Source: Raja brachyura (lineage: Eukaryota). From it: a DNA stretch of 64,000 nucleotides. Positions 12,910 through 26,569 of this stretch are shown here, piece by piece. Position numbers and translations under genes: made by a program. The notes under the pieces were generated by a model, which ran no database searches, had not been told where the DNA came from, and saw nothing but the letters and a program-made list of their open reading frames with translations. Numbering within the stretch: the first letter of the stretch is position 1; the number at the start of each line of letters is the position of its first letter. The stretch spans positions 15,128,001-15,192,000 of the forward strand of contig OY740797.1 in the NCBI GenBank assembly GCA_963514005.1, read 5' to 3'.

Positions 12910-12994
12910 CAATGGTGGCAGAAATTATGAGGTAGGAAAGTGCTGTCCAAAATATTGCTGACATTGTTCCCTTGGGAATGGATACAGCAGGATC
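12910..12994 (-). CDS. SLC12A3: SLC12A3 exon 9
   Basis: [28 protein letters not shown]; TAG/GTAAGT; 85 nt. Confidence 0.95.
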
Positions 12995-13280
12995 CTACGA
13001 GGGAAATGCAATGAGAATAAGGCGGAATAATATGTCGATACAAGGAACCTGTTGAGTTGAAATCCACACTCAAAACAAATTGCATGCTTATTATAAAATG
13101 TCACCAGTACAGAATTTCTATGTAGACCTTTGAGATATCTTCTCGTTAAAACATACCCAAAAAATAAGCCAACTGAATTATTGCTGATACAGATGGAAGC
13201 TTCATACTTGCAATGACTTCATTGCATTGGGACCTGAAAAAAAACATTCCTGTACATTCAGTCAGAATGTTTTGAATTAC

Positions 13281-13411
13281 CTTCAAATCACCAGAGATGT
13301 TTGCACCTGCCAGGATTCCAGTTGCAGATGGGAAGAAAATGGAAAACATTCCAAAGAAAGATGCATCCTCTCCTCGCCAGTTGGGTAAGAAGTTTTGGGT
13401 AAATATATCAC
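13281..13411 (-). CDS. SLC12A3: SLC12A3 exon 8
   Basis: DIFTQNFLPNWRGEDASFFGMFSIFFPSATGILAGANISGDLK; CAG/GTAATT; 131 nt. Confidence 0.96.
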
Positions 13412-13456
13412 CTGCAAAGCAAAATTAGCACCAACGAATGAACCAATTCACATCTC

Positions 13457-13760
13457 AGTGGTGCAGTGGCAGAGTTGCTGCCTTACAGTGCCAGAGACCC
13501 GGCTTCGGCCCACTGAGTCCGTGCCAATCTGCGATCATGGGTGCTGTCTGTATGGAGTTTATACATTCACTCTATCACCGCATGGAGTTCCTCTGGGTGC
13601 TCCGGTTTCCTCCCACATTCCAAAGATGTACAGTTTTGCAGGTTAATTTGTTTCGGTAAAATTGTAAATTGTCCCTAGTGTGTCGCAGAGTGTTAGTGTA
13701 CGGGGTGATTGCAGGTTGGTGCGGACTTTGTGGGCTAAAGGCCCAGTTTCCACGCTGCAT
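13457..13760 (+). mobile_element. V-SINE (HE1-like)
   Basis: A-box head GTGGTGCAGTGG, V-domain, LINE-like tail. Confidence 0.8.
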
Positions 13761-13799
13761 GGCTTTCTGACCATGACTCTTGTTTTTTTCAATTCAATC

Positions 13800-14352
13800 A
13801 ATTTCAATTATGGGTACAACGAAATGCAGTTTAGCGTCAGTTCGTAGTAATAGCAATATAGAAATGAATACAGAATGCAGACACTGTGGACGGAGTGACT
13901 GGAGAAATCTATCGGCGGGACTCCGAGTTCAGCAGTGTGATGGTGTTGTTGTAGAAGCTGTTCCTCATCCTACTAGTGCGGGACCTGAGGCTCCTGTACC
14001 GCCTCCCTGATGGTAGGAGGGCAAACAGTCCATGGTTAGGGTGGGAGGGGTCTTTGATGATCTTCCCGGCCCGTCTCAGACACCGTTTTCGGTGGAGGGC
14101 ATCCATGGCAGGGAGCGGGGCACCGATGATGTACTGGGTGGTTTTCACCACCCGTTGTAGTGCCTTCCTATCTGCTATGGTGCAACTGTTGTACTATACC
14201 GTAACGCAGGTGGTCAGGATGCTTTCGATGATACAGCGGTAAAAGTTGGTCAGGATCTGGGGGGACAGGTGGGCTTTTTTGAGCCTCCTCAGGAAGTAAA
14301 GGCGCTGCTGCGCCTTTTTGATCAGCTTGGAGGTGTTGAGGGACCAGGACAG
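13800..14352 (-). mobile_element. Rex1/Babar-type LINE 3' fragment
   Basis: KIIKDPSHPNHGLFALLPSGRRYRSLRSRTSRMRNSF and the upstream AQQRLYFLRRL motif. Confidence 0.8.
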
Positions 14353-14574
14353 AATTTCCACTGCACACCGTCAACATAAGAATGTATTTAAAACTATACA
14401 GATTTGAAAGTTATCATGATCAAAACTTCAAGTGTCATGTTGGAAAATTGAATTAAAAATTCAGATGGTACATGGTATACTCCCCTGTGCTTCTGGCCCA
14501 CTCACCCCTTTATCACATTTCTCCACAGGGCGTTAACTCGTGCTGGATAATGGTCCATTTAATTTGTCTTTAGA

Positions 14575-14875
14575 CTTTAAAGTTTAGACATAGATTGCAG
14601 GAACAAATCCTATGGCGCACCGATTCCGTGCCAACAAGCGATCACCCCGTACACTAGAACTTTCCTACACACAGCGGACAATTTAGAATTTCTATCGAAG
14701 CCAATTAACCTGCAAACCTGCACATCTTTGGAGTGTGGGAGGAAACCAGAGCACCCGGAGAAAACCCACGTGATCACAGATAGAATGTGCAAATTCCATA
14801 CAGACAACACCCATAGTCAGGATCGAACCTGAGTCTCTGGCGCTGTAAGGCAGCAACTCCACCGCTGTGCCACTG
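14575..14875 (-). mobile_element. V-SINE (HE1-like)
   Basis: Reverse complement of the full SINE consensus. Confidence 0.82.
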
Positions 14876-15386
14876 TTTTTGAATACATTCATAGAAACAT
14901 AGAAATTAGGTGCAGGAGTAGGCCATTCAGCCCTTCGAGCCTGCACCGCCATTCAATATGATCATGGCTGATCATCCAACTCAGCATCCCGTACCTGCCT
15001 TCTCTCCATACCCTCTGATCCCCTTAGCTACAAGGGCCCAAATGTCATTTAATTTATTATAAACTTAAAACAATGAACATTGTCAATATATTAATTCATG
15101 GGAATCTAACATTCATTTGTCACTTACTCTATATATACAATTGCCCATTTTCCAGCAGCAGTTACAGTAGGAATATGATCTGATTTTCCCAATGACTAAT
15201 TCATGAGACTGAAGTCACCTATACCCCTTCACATCGTCCACCATATGTAATTTAAGACAATGAGTAGGAGAGAGATCTTGTGCTGCTGCATTATCAAGTA
15301 CAAATAATCCCGTGCCATAGCTCTGCTCAATAAGTTGGCAATGCCTACTTTAGAGGAAATAATTCACTGTAATTTGGCAATCATAA

Positions 15387-15675
15387 GGGCGACACGATGG
15401 CACAGTGGTAGAGTTGCTGCCTTACAGCGCTTGCAGCTCCGGATACCCGGGTTCGATCCTGACTACGGGTGCTGTCTGTACGGAGTTTGTACGTTCTCCC
15501 CGTGACCGCGTGGGTTTTCTCCAAGATCTTCGGTTTCCTCCCACACTCCAAAGACGTACAGGTATGCTTGGTAAATGTAAAAATTGTCATGTGTGTGTGT
15601 GTGCGGGGATCACTGGTCGGCACGGACCCGGTGGGCCGAAGGGCCTGTTTCCGCACTGCATCTCTAAACTAAATT
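15387..15675 (+). mobile_element. V-SINE (HE1-like)
   Basis: A box TGGCACAGTGG, B box GGTTCGATCC, V-domain, GGGCCGAAGGGCCTGTTTCC tail. Confidence 0.87.
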
Positions 15676-15729
15676 AATAAAACAACTTTAAAATAAGCCA
15701 CCTCCCCAAATGGGAAACATCATACGCAC

Positions 15730-15841
15730 CTCGGTAACTGAAGAAGCCTTGGGCCTGTTTCTCCTTTGATGGTGGGATAATTGTCCCCACAATATAATTT
15801 GCAAGGGACACAATGATCACAAAGAAGAAGCCAACTTGTGC
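15730..15841 (-). CDS. SLC12A3: SLC12A3 exon 7
   Basis: [37 protein letters not shown]; TAG/GTGCGT; 112 nt. Confidence 0.94.
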
Positions 15842-16522
15842 CTATCAGGAAGAAAAACAGAGGAGGGTTTTCTTTGTAGCAAAAAACAAGGCATGATTTA
15901 TTTTTGCCCTTATTCAAAGGAAGGGCCTGTTTCGCGCTGTATCTCTGAACTGAAGTAAACTGAACAAGATCCAAGCTGTCTTCATGATTCATTCATCTTG
16001 GATCTATTTGAAAATCTACTTAAACCCCCTCACTTTACTTGGCATCATCGCCATTTTACTCCTCCTTCTCGGCCGCTGACTATGAAGGGACAGGAGGTGG
16101 CCATTCAGCCCATTGAGCTTGTTCCATCATTCAACAGGACCATAGGCAATTTACCATTCCTCAAATTCACTTTTCTGTCACTTCTCCACAACTGATGAGA
16201 AATCTATCTGTCTAAGACCTAAACATGCACATACTTTGCCCTTGCAGCTTTCTTCACTCACAGACTCACAGATGTGAGAGCATTGAGAGTAGATATTCTT
16301 ATTAATCTTCGTCGTATTCTGAGAGCATGCCTTCTGGTTCTAGACACTCTGACAAGAGGGAGCTTCCTTACAGCCTTTATCCCGATAAAGACCATCTGAG
16401 GGTCATATAGGTTCCAATAAGGTGGCCTCCCATTCCTCTCAGCACCAATAAGTAGTGCCCCTATCTGTTTAATCTTTCTCTGTATTACCATGAATCTCCT
16501 CTGAACTGCTTCCAACTTCTGG

Positions 16523-16830
16523 AGGGCGGCACAGTGGTGCAGTGGTAGAGTTGCTGCCTTACAGTGCCAGAGACCCAGGTTCAATCCTGATTATAGGTGC
16601 TGTCTTTATGGAGCTTGTATGTTCTCCCCGTGACCTGCGTGGGTTTTCTCTGGGATCTCTGGTTTCCTCCCACACTCCAAAGACAGACAAGGTTGCAGCT
16701 AAATTGGCTTTGCATAATTGTAAATTGTTCCTAGTATGTGTAGGATAACGTCAGTGTGCAGGGATCGCTAGTTGGCGCGGACTCGGTGGGCCAAGGGGAC
16801 CTGTTTCCGCGCTCTATCTCTAAACTAAAC
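16523..16830 (+). mobile_element. V-SINE (HE1-like)
   Basis: tRNA head, V-domain, CTAAA tail. Confidence 0.85.
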
Positions 16831-17400
16831 TTTTCTGAATTGCATCCAATTAAATAAATTGTTTTCTTACATAGGGGGATCAAAATTGTTTGCAGTGCAT
16901 CAGATGTGGTCTCACTCATATCTGGTAGAGTTGCAGTTAGACCTCCCACTTTTATACTACAGTCCTCTTGAAATAATGGTCACCATTCCATTCGTCCCTG
17001 CAGCCTACTGTCTGTTGATCATAAGAACGTGCAAATCTCTTTGTGCTGCAGCCCAGAGCTTGGTTAAGAACATAAAAACAGGGTTAAGGAATTATCCAGT
17101 TCTTCTCTATTTAAATAGTACTCTGCCCTTTTGTTCTTCCTTCCAACGTCAGAAACTTCATATGTTACAACATTACCCTCCAATTACCATCATTTTGCTC
17201 ACTCACTAACCTTACACCATCACCTGTTTGCTGTTTGCTGTTTACAACCTCCTTGCAACTTCCCCTGCACTCATTGTTTGTCAAATTTGGCTACATTTGT
17301 CTCCTTGCTCCAAATATATTCTACCAGTCATGCCCTACCACTGATTCATCCTGTACCCTATTAGTTACTGGTTGCCATCTGAAAGTGATCCCTTTCCCTT

Positions 17401-17526
17401 CTGAAAAAGGGTTTCGACCCAAAACGTTGCCTATTTCCTTCGCTCCATAGATGCTGCCTCACCCGCTGAGTTTCTCCAGCATTTTTGTCTACCTTCGATT
17501 TTCCAGCATCTGCAGTTCCTTCTTAA
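17401..17526 (+). mobile_element. Penelope-like pLTR fragment with degenerate HHR core
   Basis: CTGAAAAAGGGTTTCGACCCAAAACGTT followed by the family 3' sequence GCTGAGTTTCTCCAGC...CTGCAGTTCC. Confidence 0.65.
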
Positions 17527-17744
17527 CCCTTTTCCCCTCTTGCTGCTTTCCCTCTGTAAACAAATCTCCATCCATGCTAATATATTACCTCAGGCTCTCA
17601 TCGTCTGACAACTTTTGATAAGGCATCTTATCCATCTACTCTATCCACTCTGGCTGAAACTTCCCAAAAGCTCTAATACATTTGTCACATATGATTTCTC
17701 CTCCAAGCAGCCCAGTTGACACTGAAGAATTTCTATTCTCTTGA

Positions 17745-18025
17745 CTCTAGACTTTAGAGATACGGTGTGGAAATAGGCCCTTCGGCCCACTGAGTCCGTG
17801 CCAACCCGCGATCATCCGTACACTATCACTATCCTACACAGTAGGGATGTTACAATTTTACCAAAGCCAATTAACCTACAAGCCTACACGTCTTTGGATT
17901 GTGGGAGGAAACCGGAGCACCCGTGGAAAACGTACAAACTCTGTACAGACAGCACCCATAGTCAGGATCGAACCTGAGTCTCTGGCGCTCTAAGGCAGCA
18001 TCACTATCGCTGCGCCACCATGCCC
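17745..18025 (-). mobile_element. V-SINE (HE1-like)
   Basis: Reverse complement of the SINE consensus. Confidence 0.83.
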
Positions 18026-18316
18026 TCCCTGAACCCGCTCACGTCTGGGAGTGTAAGGGCAGAGTTCTTGAGTATATTTACTGATTGGATGATTATTTCC
18101 CAATTGTGCTGCTATTTTAGTTAATAATGTAATTCCCCACCGGTAGGTATATGGCTAAATGGCCTAAAGCTACCATTTTGTGCCTCCCTTTACTCTGGTA
18201 GTTTTCCAATTCTCTTGTACTTTGGCAGAATGAAAGGATTTCTCGGTAGCCAGATTCCGTGAGGAGCAGATAGCATTTGGGAATTGTTTGGGTGAAGTTA
18301 GTTTCTGTGACTTTAC

Positions 18317-18427
18317 CTTTGCTTCCCATTCCATCCCTGCCAGAGAAATGCCAAGTAGCACTGTCACCGTTATGACTCCAATAATCCGGATATCATTTGT
18401 GGGGTCCACTATTGTTGCACTGTGCTC
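18317..18427 (-). CDS. SLC12A3: SLC12A3 exon 6
   Basis: [37 protein letters not shown]; CAG/GTAAAG; 111 nt. Confidence 0.96.
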
Positions 18428-18779
18428 CTGTGGAAATGTTAAAAATGCATCTAAATTACTGGGAGTTTTGTATAACGTAGCAATAAATCACATACAAATT
18501 AAGAATGTAATTTTGGATATTGTAGAATAGTTTTGTTACCAATTACATAAATTGCATAAATTCAGTATACTTAATGAAATTCAGCATACAGTCCACATGA
18601 ACTACTGGGACTACTGCTAGCAAAGTCACCTGTAGTCAACCAGCCAGGAATACCATATATTATTCTCTTAGATTCTTTCAAGAACAAATGATAGTCAGTT
18701 GGATGAAAATTGCCAGAGGTTCCACAACTATTTATCCATACAAATGCATGTGGCTACATGCATCCAACAGAAGAAGGCC

Positions 18780-19290
18780 AAGATAGACACAAAAAGCTGG
18801 AGTAACTCAGCGGGACAGGCAGCTTCTCTGGAGAGAAGGAACGGGTGTCGTTTCGGGACAAAACCCTTCTTTAGACTGGTTAGGGATAAGGGAAACGAGA
18901 GATATAGACGGTGATGTAGAGAGATAAAGAACGATGAATGAAAGATATGCAAAAAAGCAATGATGATAAAGAAACAGGCCATTGTAAGCTGTTTGTAGGG
19001 TGAAAATGAGAAGCTAGAAGCTAGTGTGACTTGGGTGGGGGAGGGATAGAGAGAGAGGGAATGCCGGGGCAACCTGAAGCGATAGAAATCAATATTCATA
19101 CCACTGGGCTGTAAGCCGCCCAAGTGAAATATGAGACGCTGTTCCTCCAATTTGTGTTTAGCCTCACTCTGACGATGGAGGAGACATAGGACAGAAAGGT
19201 TTGTGTAGGAATAGGAAGGATAATTAGTGTCCAGCAACCGGGAGATCAGGTTGGTTCACACGGGCTGAGCAAAGGCGTTCTGCGAAACAA
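18780..19290 (-). mobile_element. Penelope-like element 3' fragment (GIY-YIG C-terminus, 3' UTR, decayed HHR)
   Basis: LSVLCLLHRQSEAKHKLEEQRLIFHLGGLQPSGMNIDF; CTAAAGAAGGGTTTTGTCCCGAAACGAC downstream. Confidence 0.8.
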
Positions 19291-19344
19291 GGGCCAGAGC
19301 TTGCTCATAGATTGCAGAGGGACACCGTGGGGAAAGACGGGGGA

Positions 19345-20060
19345 TACAGATGGGTGGAGACATGACAGATGGAGTTTAATCCAAGCACTTCAGGAGCACA
19401 AATGAAAGGGGAAAGTTAATAGCAAGACCTTTAATGGCATTAATATACAGAGGGATCTTGGGGTCCAAGTCCATAGGTTTCTATGTGGCTACAAAAGTAA
19501 TTGGTCAGGGCATTGGTCAGAGTATTGAGTATAAGAGTCAGGAAGTTATAATGAAGCTTTATAAATCTTTGGTAGGCTGCCTTTGGAGTATTGTGTACAG
19601 GTGTGTCACCCAATTGCAGGAAGCATGTAAAGGCTTTGCGGAGGGTGCAGATGTAGTTTACCAAAGAGCTTTTTGATTAGAAGGTATTACTGAACGTAGA
19701 GATTGGACAAACTTGGATTGTTTTCTCTGAAATGTCAGAGCTTGAGTGGAGACCTAACTGAAACATATAAAATTGTCGGAGGCATAGATATTAGGGTAGA
19801 CTAAAAATCAGAATATTTTTCCCAATGTGGGAATATCAAAGACTAGAGGCCATAGTTTTAAATTATGAGGGAGAATGTTTAAGGAGATTGAGGCAAGCGT
19901 TTTACACAGAGAGGGGGAAACCTGGAACACGCTGCCAGGGATGATGGTGAAAACAGATACAATAGTTGTGTGGAAGCTTTTAGATAAGCGCGTGGATATA
20001 TAGGGAATGGAGGTGGATGGATCATATGTAGGTGGAGGACTTTAAAGTAACTTGGCATCA
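19345..20060 (+). mobile_element. Old degenerate CR1 LINE fragment
   Basis: Remnants such as IEYKSQEVIMKLYKSLV and KTRGHSF. Confidence 0.7.
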
Positions 20061-20660
20061 TGTTTCTGTGTTGTACTGTGCTATGCTCTCTGAATGTAAA
20101 ACATCTGTGTATTCTGTGGAATTTAGAATGTTAAAGGGCCAGTTGCTAATGTTTCCAAGATATTAAAAGTAGTTAAGATCCATTCAGAGTTCCCTTTGAT
20201 CTGGTATTTTGTTGGTTCACATGCTTGATCAATGGTGTTGTATCATTAATGTTTTATTATTATTAATGTTTAGTGTTTTCTCAGTCATTCGTAACTGTCA
20301 CTGTATGTCATGTTGTTACTTGTGGGTCGAGCACCAAGGCAAATTCCTTGTATGTGAATACTTGGCCAATAAACCTACTTACTTTTCAGTTGTCTAGGAA
20401 GGTCAGGATGAGAGAGAATAGTCAAGAAAAGGACTGGTTGTTTTGGGATGTAGTTACAAAACAGAAGCAGATCCTGCAATGTGACACAAGCTACAGCCGG
20501 GCACCCTATATCAATAATCAAGCATATTCTTGCTGTGACTACAGCTCTCTGTGAGGGGAACAAGATTAAATCTGTTGGCTTAGAATAGAAATGATCTGTC
20601 ATTTTTCCAATGTCAACGTATATTCTGCAAACTGGGTCATGTTGCCAGTGTTCCCTGTTT

Positions 20661-20972
20661 AGGGCGACATGGCGGCGCAGCTTTAGAGTTGCTGCCTTAC
20701 AGTGCTTGCAGCGCCAGAGACACGGGTTCAATCCCGACCACAGAGTTTGTATGTTCTCCCCATGACCACGTGGGTTTTCTTCGAGATCTTCGAATTCCTC
20801 CCACACTCCAAGGGCGCACAGGTTTGTAGGTTAATTGGCTCGGTATAAGTGTAAATTGTCCCTAGTGTGTGTAGGATAGTGGTAGTGTGTGGGGATCGCT
20901 GGCCAGTGAGGACTCGGTAGGCCGAAGGGCCTGTTTCCGCACTGTATGTATAAACTAAACTAAACTAAACTA
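20661..20972 (+). mobile_element. V-SINE (HE1-like), followed by a second degenerate copy to ~21270
   Basis: tRNA head, V-domain, (CTAAA)n tail. Confidence 0.8.
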
Positions 20973-21365
20973 AAATCTGGAAAGAGGTGCAGCTGGTAGA
21001 GCTGCTACCTCACAACGCCAGAGACTCGTGTTTCACTCTGGCCTCAGGTACTGTCCGTGTGGAGTTTGCAGATTCTCTGTGACCACATGGGTCACCTCTG
21101 GGTGCTCCAGTTTCCTCCCACATCCCAAAGGCGTGCGGGTTAGTCGGTTAATTATCCAATGTAAATTTGCCCTAGTACATGGAGAGTGGGATAAGGTGGA
21201 ACCAGTGTGGACGGGTGATCATTGGTCAGTGTGAACTTGGTGGGTCGAAGGGTGTTTCCATGCTGTATTTCAAAATCATATAAGCTGACACCACTGTAAT
21301 ATCAACAATCACCAGCAAGGCAGTTCTCAGCTCATTGATCTTGAGAGTTGGCTTGAATGAGATTA

Positions 21366-21611
<246 letters not shown>

Positions 21612-21645
21612 TCATGCAAACCAAAAGTCCTATCATTTTCAACAA

Positions 21646-22135
21646 TCCAGGAATGAGTGAGTTAACATTGATGAGCGTTTGATGAAACTGGGCCTATACT
21701 CGCTGGAGTTTAGGAGAATGAGGGGGGACCTAATTGAAACTTACTGAAAAGCAAAAGGTCTGGATGGAGAGGATGTGGAGAAAGTGTTTCCACTAGTGGG
21801 AGAGTCTAGGACCCGAGGCCATAGCCTTAGAATAAAAGGAAACACCTTTAAAAACGAGATGAGGAGGAATTTCTTTAGTCGGAGGGTGGCGAATCTATGG
21901 AATTCATTGCCACAGAAGGCTAGGGAGGCCAAGGCATTTTTAAGGTGCAGGTTGACAGATTCTTGCTTAGTAAGGGTGTCAGGGATTATTGGGAGAAGGC
22001 AGGAGAATGGGGTTGAGAGGGAAAGATAGATCAGCCATGATTGAATGGCGGAGTAGACTTGATGGGCCGAATTTTGCTCCTATAACTTATAACCTATAAC
22101 CTGCTCCTATAACTTATAACTCCTATAACCTATAG
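21646..22135 (+). mobile_element. CR1 LINE 3' fragment with (CTATAAC)n tail
   Basis: FPLVGESRTRGHSLRIKG...NLWNSLPQKA and 3' UTR. Confidence 0.85.
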
Positions 22136-22700
22136 CCAAGGATTAAATTAGAAATCGCACAACTTTATTCTCACAGAATGAGTGCAGATTTCCTGATTTG
22201 GTTTCTACCACTAATACAGAAGTCTGCTTTTAAATTAAACAGAATCTGCAACTGGTTCACCTCAACTGTCCCTATATTCTCCTCCCATTGGCTCAGCTCT
22301 TAAACAGTGAGAAATCCTGACATGTTGAAAAGGAAAGGCAGTTTGGGCCATTATTTTAACATAAAATTAAACTTAACCATGGCAACCGAGGACTGTCCCC
22401 AACCCCAGCAGCTCCCAACCCCACCAAATAGTTTGCCTGACCTTTGTTTAGTTGCGTTCCTTCATCCCTTTGTTCTAAGATCTTTTTTGTGAAATTCACT
22501 TCCTTCTCTTTTTACCCCTTAAACTGTTCTTTAAACTGCCAATCATATGATGTTTTAGGCTGAAGCTGATTACTTGCAATCTTGGCATCCTATTCATCCT
22601 CCATCAAAGTTCACACCCACCCTCCCTCAAATATGACCCAATTTCATCTTCTCCTCCCCTTTGGCAGTGATAATCTCATGCATGACATTGTTAACTTCAG

Positions 22701-22865
22701 TGTGTAGAAAGTAACTGCAGATGCTGGTTTATGCCAAAGATAGACACAATGTGCTGGAGTAATTCAGAAGGTCAGGCAGCATCTCTGGATGAGATACGTG
22801 GGGTCGGAACACTTCTTCAGACTAAAGAAGTCTGAAGAAGAGTTACTCCAGCACTTTGTGTCTAT
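22701..22865. mobile_element. Fold-back Penelope-like mini-element with target-site duplication
   Basis: Arms GATAGACACAATGTGCTGGAGTAA / TTACTCCAGCACTTTGTGTCTATC; flanked by CATTGT(T/G)AACTTCAG at 22686-22700 and 22866-22880. Confidence 0.7.
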
Positions 22866-23085
22866 CATTGTGAACTTCAGAGTTGACTATTCCAATGTTC
22901 TCCTGTCTCCCTCCCAGTAAACACCTTTCAGAAATCTCAGTTCAATCAAACATGAGCTGCCCATACCCTTCCCTTCAGGCCTGCCCTCATTAACACATGT
23001 CGATCCCTAAGATTAAAAGGCCAATATAAATTCTACTAGACAAATATGCGGTCAGCAACGTGAAGAAGCATTAACCAAAGTCTAC

Positions 23086-23181
23086 CTGACTTGACTTTGC
23101 CGTTTGTAGATATTGCTGATATGGATAAACCTGTTATGCTGGTTACAACTACAGACATGATGATGATTAACCACGTCAAAG
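23086..23181 (-). CDS. SLC12A3: SLC12A3 exon 4
   Basis: [31 protein letters not shown]; CAG/GTAGAC; 96 nt. Confidence 0.95.
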
Positions 23182-24174
23182 CTGCAATGGAAACAAACAA
23201 AATCTAAATTATTGCCATTTTCACCACAATCAAAAATATCCATTGCTTTAAGATTATATTTATTTGCAAGGGCACCAGTAGCTGGCACAGAGTCTAATAA
23301 CCTAATAGATTTCAGCTTGCTTCAGGTATGTTGACATCTTGACCCATGATCAGGGTCAATATTACAATCATCTTGACCCATGATCAGTGGTACAAATTAC
23401 AATCATCTTAGCAACAGCTTCTTGCAAAGCCAACTCTGTTATATTGCTTGCCCGCACTTTCAGTCAGTTTCTTTATTTTTCTCAAACTCTTCGTTCCCTC
23501 TTCCTTTAACTGCAAATGGAGTGATGGTTTCATTCATTTATCATCTGATGTTTCTCTTTTTAACTGTCTCTTTAAATCCTACCTCTAATGCAGTAGTCCA
23601 TTCCCATCCACCACCGTGTTCCCAGTGCATGAAACACTACTGAAGCCACATAACATCAACAAGTTGCAATAGTGAACCATTTTGATGTAATAAGACATCC
23701 TACGGACTTCACAGGAGCACGTGAAACAAAAATTGACACCACATCCTATAGGGAGGTATTAAGACGTCATCACAAGTTTGGATATTGTAATGTTGTATCA
23801 TAATTATAATTGAAAGTGAATTAATTTACAATGTATTCTTGTTAAGGCAAAACTCATTCACTTGCACCAAAATATCACGGCTGAACATAGTCCTGCCCTG
23901 TCCTTGTTAAACATGTGCATACTTTTTATGCCGAGTTTACTGAATGATAATCCCAACTGATTTTCTGATGATAGTGCAGGACATTGAGGGACAAAGTGAC
24001 CTTCTTAATGAGGAGCAGAGATTATGATGTGGTCCAGTGCTACAATATACAATGGATCCTCTATTGACCCGAAAGGGAGCCAGTGGAATTATTCTAACAA
24101 ACTTTGAAAGACACAGATAAACTATAAGAATTATTCAATCACGTCAATAATATAGCGTTGCTTCCACAGTTACC

Positions 24175-24490
24175 TTTTAGTTTATGTTAGTTTAGTTTAG
24201 AGAAACAACTCGGAAACAGGCCCATTGGCCCATAAAGTGCGCACCAACCAGCCAGCAATCATCCATACACTAGTTCTATCCTGCACGGTAAGGACAATTT
24301 GCAGAAGCCAATTAACCTACAAACCTGCATATCTTTGGAAGGTGGGAGGAAACTGCAGCACCCGGAGAAAAGCCACGCAGGCACAGGGAGAATGTACAAA
24401 CGCCACGCAGACAGCACCCTTAGTCAGGATTGAACCCAGGCCTCTGACGCTATGAGGGAGCAACTCTAGTGCTGCGCTTCTGTGCCACCC
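24175..24490 (-). mobile_element. V-SINE (HE1-like)
   Basis: Reverse complement of the SINE consensus. Confidence 0.78.
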
Positions 24491-24586
24491 ATTAATACTT
24501 TGAGAAGCATTCAAAGTACTTAGTCCTCACGGCACATGACTTGCAGTGGAGTTGGGGAGAACGCAAGGAGAATGAAATAGGGATTA

Positions 24587-24772
<186 letters not shown>

Positions 24773-24855
24773 TCAACATATAAAACAGTTGAGCCAGATC
24801 ACTATGATGTGCACAATGTACTTTCTGTGTAGTCTTTTAGGAATTACAGTATATA

Positions 24856-25076
24856 TTTAGTTTAGTTTAGTTTAGAGATACAGTGCCCTTTGGCCCACCG
24901 GGTCCGCACCGACCAGCTATCCCTGTACACCAGTACTATCCTACACACTAGGGCCAATTTACATTTCTTACCGAAGGCAATTAAACCTACAAGCCTGTAC
25001 GTCTTTGGAATGTGGGAGGAAACCGTAGCTCCTGGAGTAAACCTGCACGGTCACAGGGAGAACGTACAAACTCCGT
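24856..25076 (-). mobile_element. V-SINE, 5'-truncated
   Basis: (TTTAG)n then reverse V-domain. Confidence 0.78.
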
Positions 25077-25591
25077 AATGCCAAGGAAAGTCTTGTTTGG
25101 ATTAGTTTACTGTCACGTGTACTGAGGTACGGTGAAAAGCTTTTTGTTGCGTGCTATCCAGTCAGCGGAAAGACTATCCAAGTCTTACAATCATGCCGTC
25201 CACAGTGTACAGATACAGGATGGAGAATAACATTTAATGCAAGATAACGTCCAGTATAGTCCGATTAAAGATAGCCCGAGGGTCTCCAATAAGGTAGATG
25301 GAAGCTCAGGACTGCTCTCTAGTTGGTGATAGGATTGGTTTAACCTTCATAACTTTAATTCATAATGTTTACTTTGTCATCAGAAGCTATCGATTGAATT
25401 ACTGTCCATAATGCCTGAAACGTTTCACCTCAGGTGCAAGTTCAAGATAAACTTGATTAAGAATTAATATCACGTATAAAGGGTGGGCAAATGAAACATT
25501 GGTACAATTTTCTGGTCAATGAGACACTAGTCACTGACCTGAAAGAAATATTCCAACAAAATTCCACCAGTCTCCACACATAAATGTAATT

Positions 25592-25815
25592 TGTTCTTTT
25601 ATTCTGAGGCTTTGCCCTCTGGTCCTAGACTCTCCCACTAGTGGAAACATCCTCTCCACCTCCACCAGGCCTTTCACTATTCGGTAAGTTTCAATGAGGC
25701 TCCCCCTCATCCTTCTAAACTCCACTGAGTATAGGCCCAGTGCCATCAAACACCCATCATATGTTAACCCACTTATTCCTGGAATCATTCTCGTAAACCT
25801 CCTCTGAACCCTCTG
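25592..25815 (-). mobile_element. CR1 LINE fragment
   Basis: RVQRRFTRMIPG...LGLYSVEFRRMRGSLIETYRIVKG. Confidence 0.85.
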
Positions 25816-26569
25816 ACAGCACGACAGCAATCACAACATTTAATAATTATCATCATAATGGCTAAATCCAGATGATTTAGCTCACTATTTACTCGGATAA
25901 CTGTGTAAAAAATTGTATTAATACTGGCCAGATATTCTAACTGGAGACAGGTTCATCCATTATGCACATCAAGTTAATTCATGCAAATTCTGATCTCTTA
26001 TATAGCACCAATGAAAGTAACACTGTCTTCAGTAAGGAACTGATTTAGATATGAAGCTTTTTTCTCTTGTATCACTTAGACAGATATCTGCATTAATTGT
26101 TCAATTCTGTGAAGGCTTGCAGAAACAGACTGCAATTGTCAGTGAAACATTATAAATGAAGAAGCATTATTACCAGGAAAGGCAGCACCATAACGGCATG
26201 TCAAAAAGAAGATTGGCAACTGTCATCCATTTTCTGAACCAACATTTTAAGAATGTATTTGTTGGGTTTCTTGTCAATATTAAAAGAAAAAATTGACACA
26301 AGGAACTTATAAAATGTTGGGTGTGTTTACTGAGAATACATAACTAACAACTGTGCAGAAGCCTTTCCTGAAAGTCTTCCACATCCGTCATATGGATGGC
26401 AGTCCAAGGCAACACGTCTAAAAAAAGAAAAACTTGAAATGCAAATAACAAACCACTGGAGGAACTTAGTGGATAGACAGCACCAGTGGAGAATAATGTT
26501 TCAGGACCTTTTTACAGACTCGATTACAGAGCACGATAGCTGTAGGCATCACAGAGGAGAAGCAGTGTT

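Noticed and set aside
22081-22135. Short repeats that could be mistaken for a CRISPR-like array
   Set aside because: Simple (CTATAAC)n LINE tail without unique spacers, in a eukaryotic intron
23335-23410. ~34-nt tandem duplication CATCTTGACCCATGATCAG...TTACAAT
   Set aside because: Ordinary local slippage duplication with no sign of function
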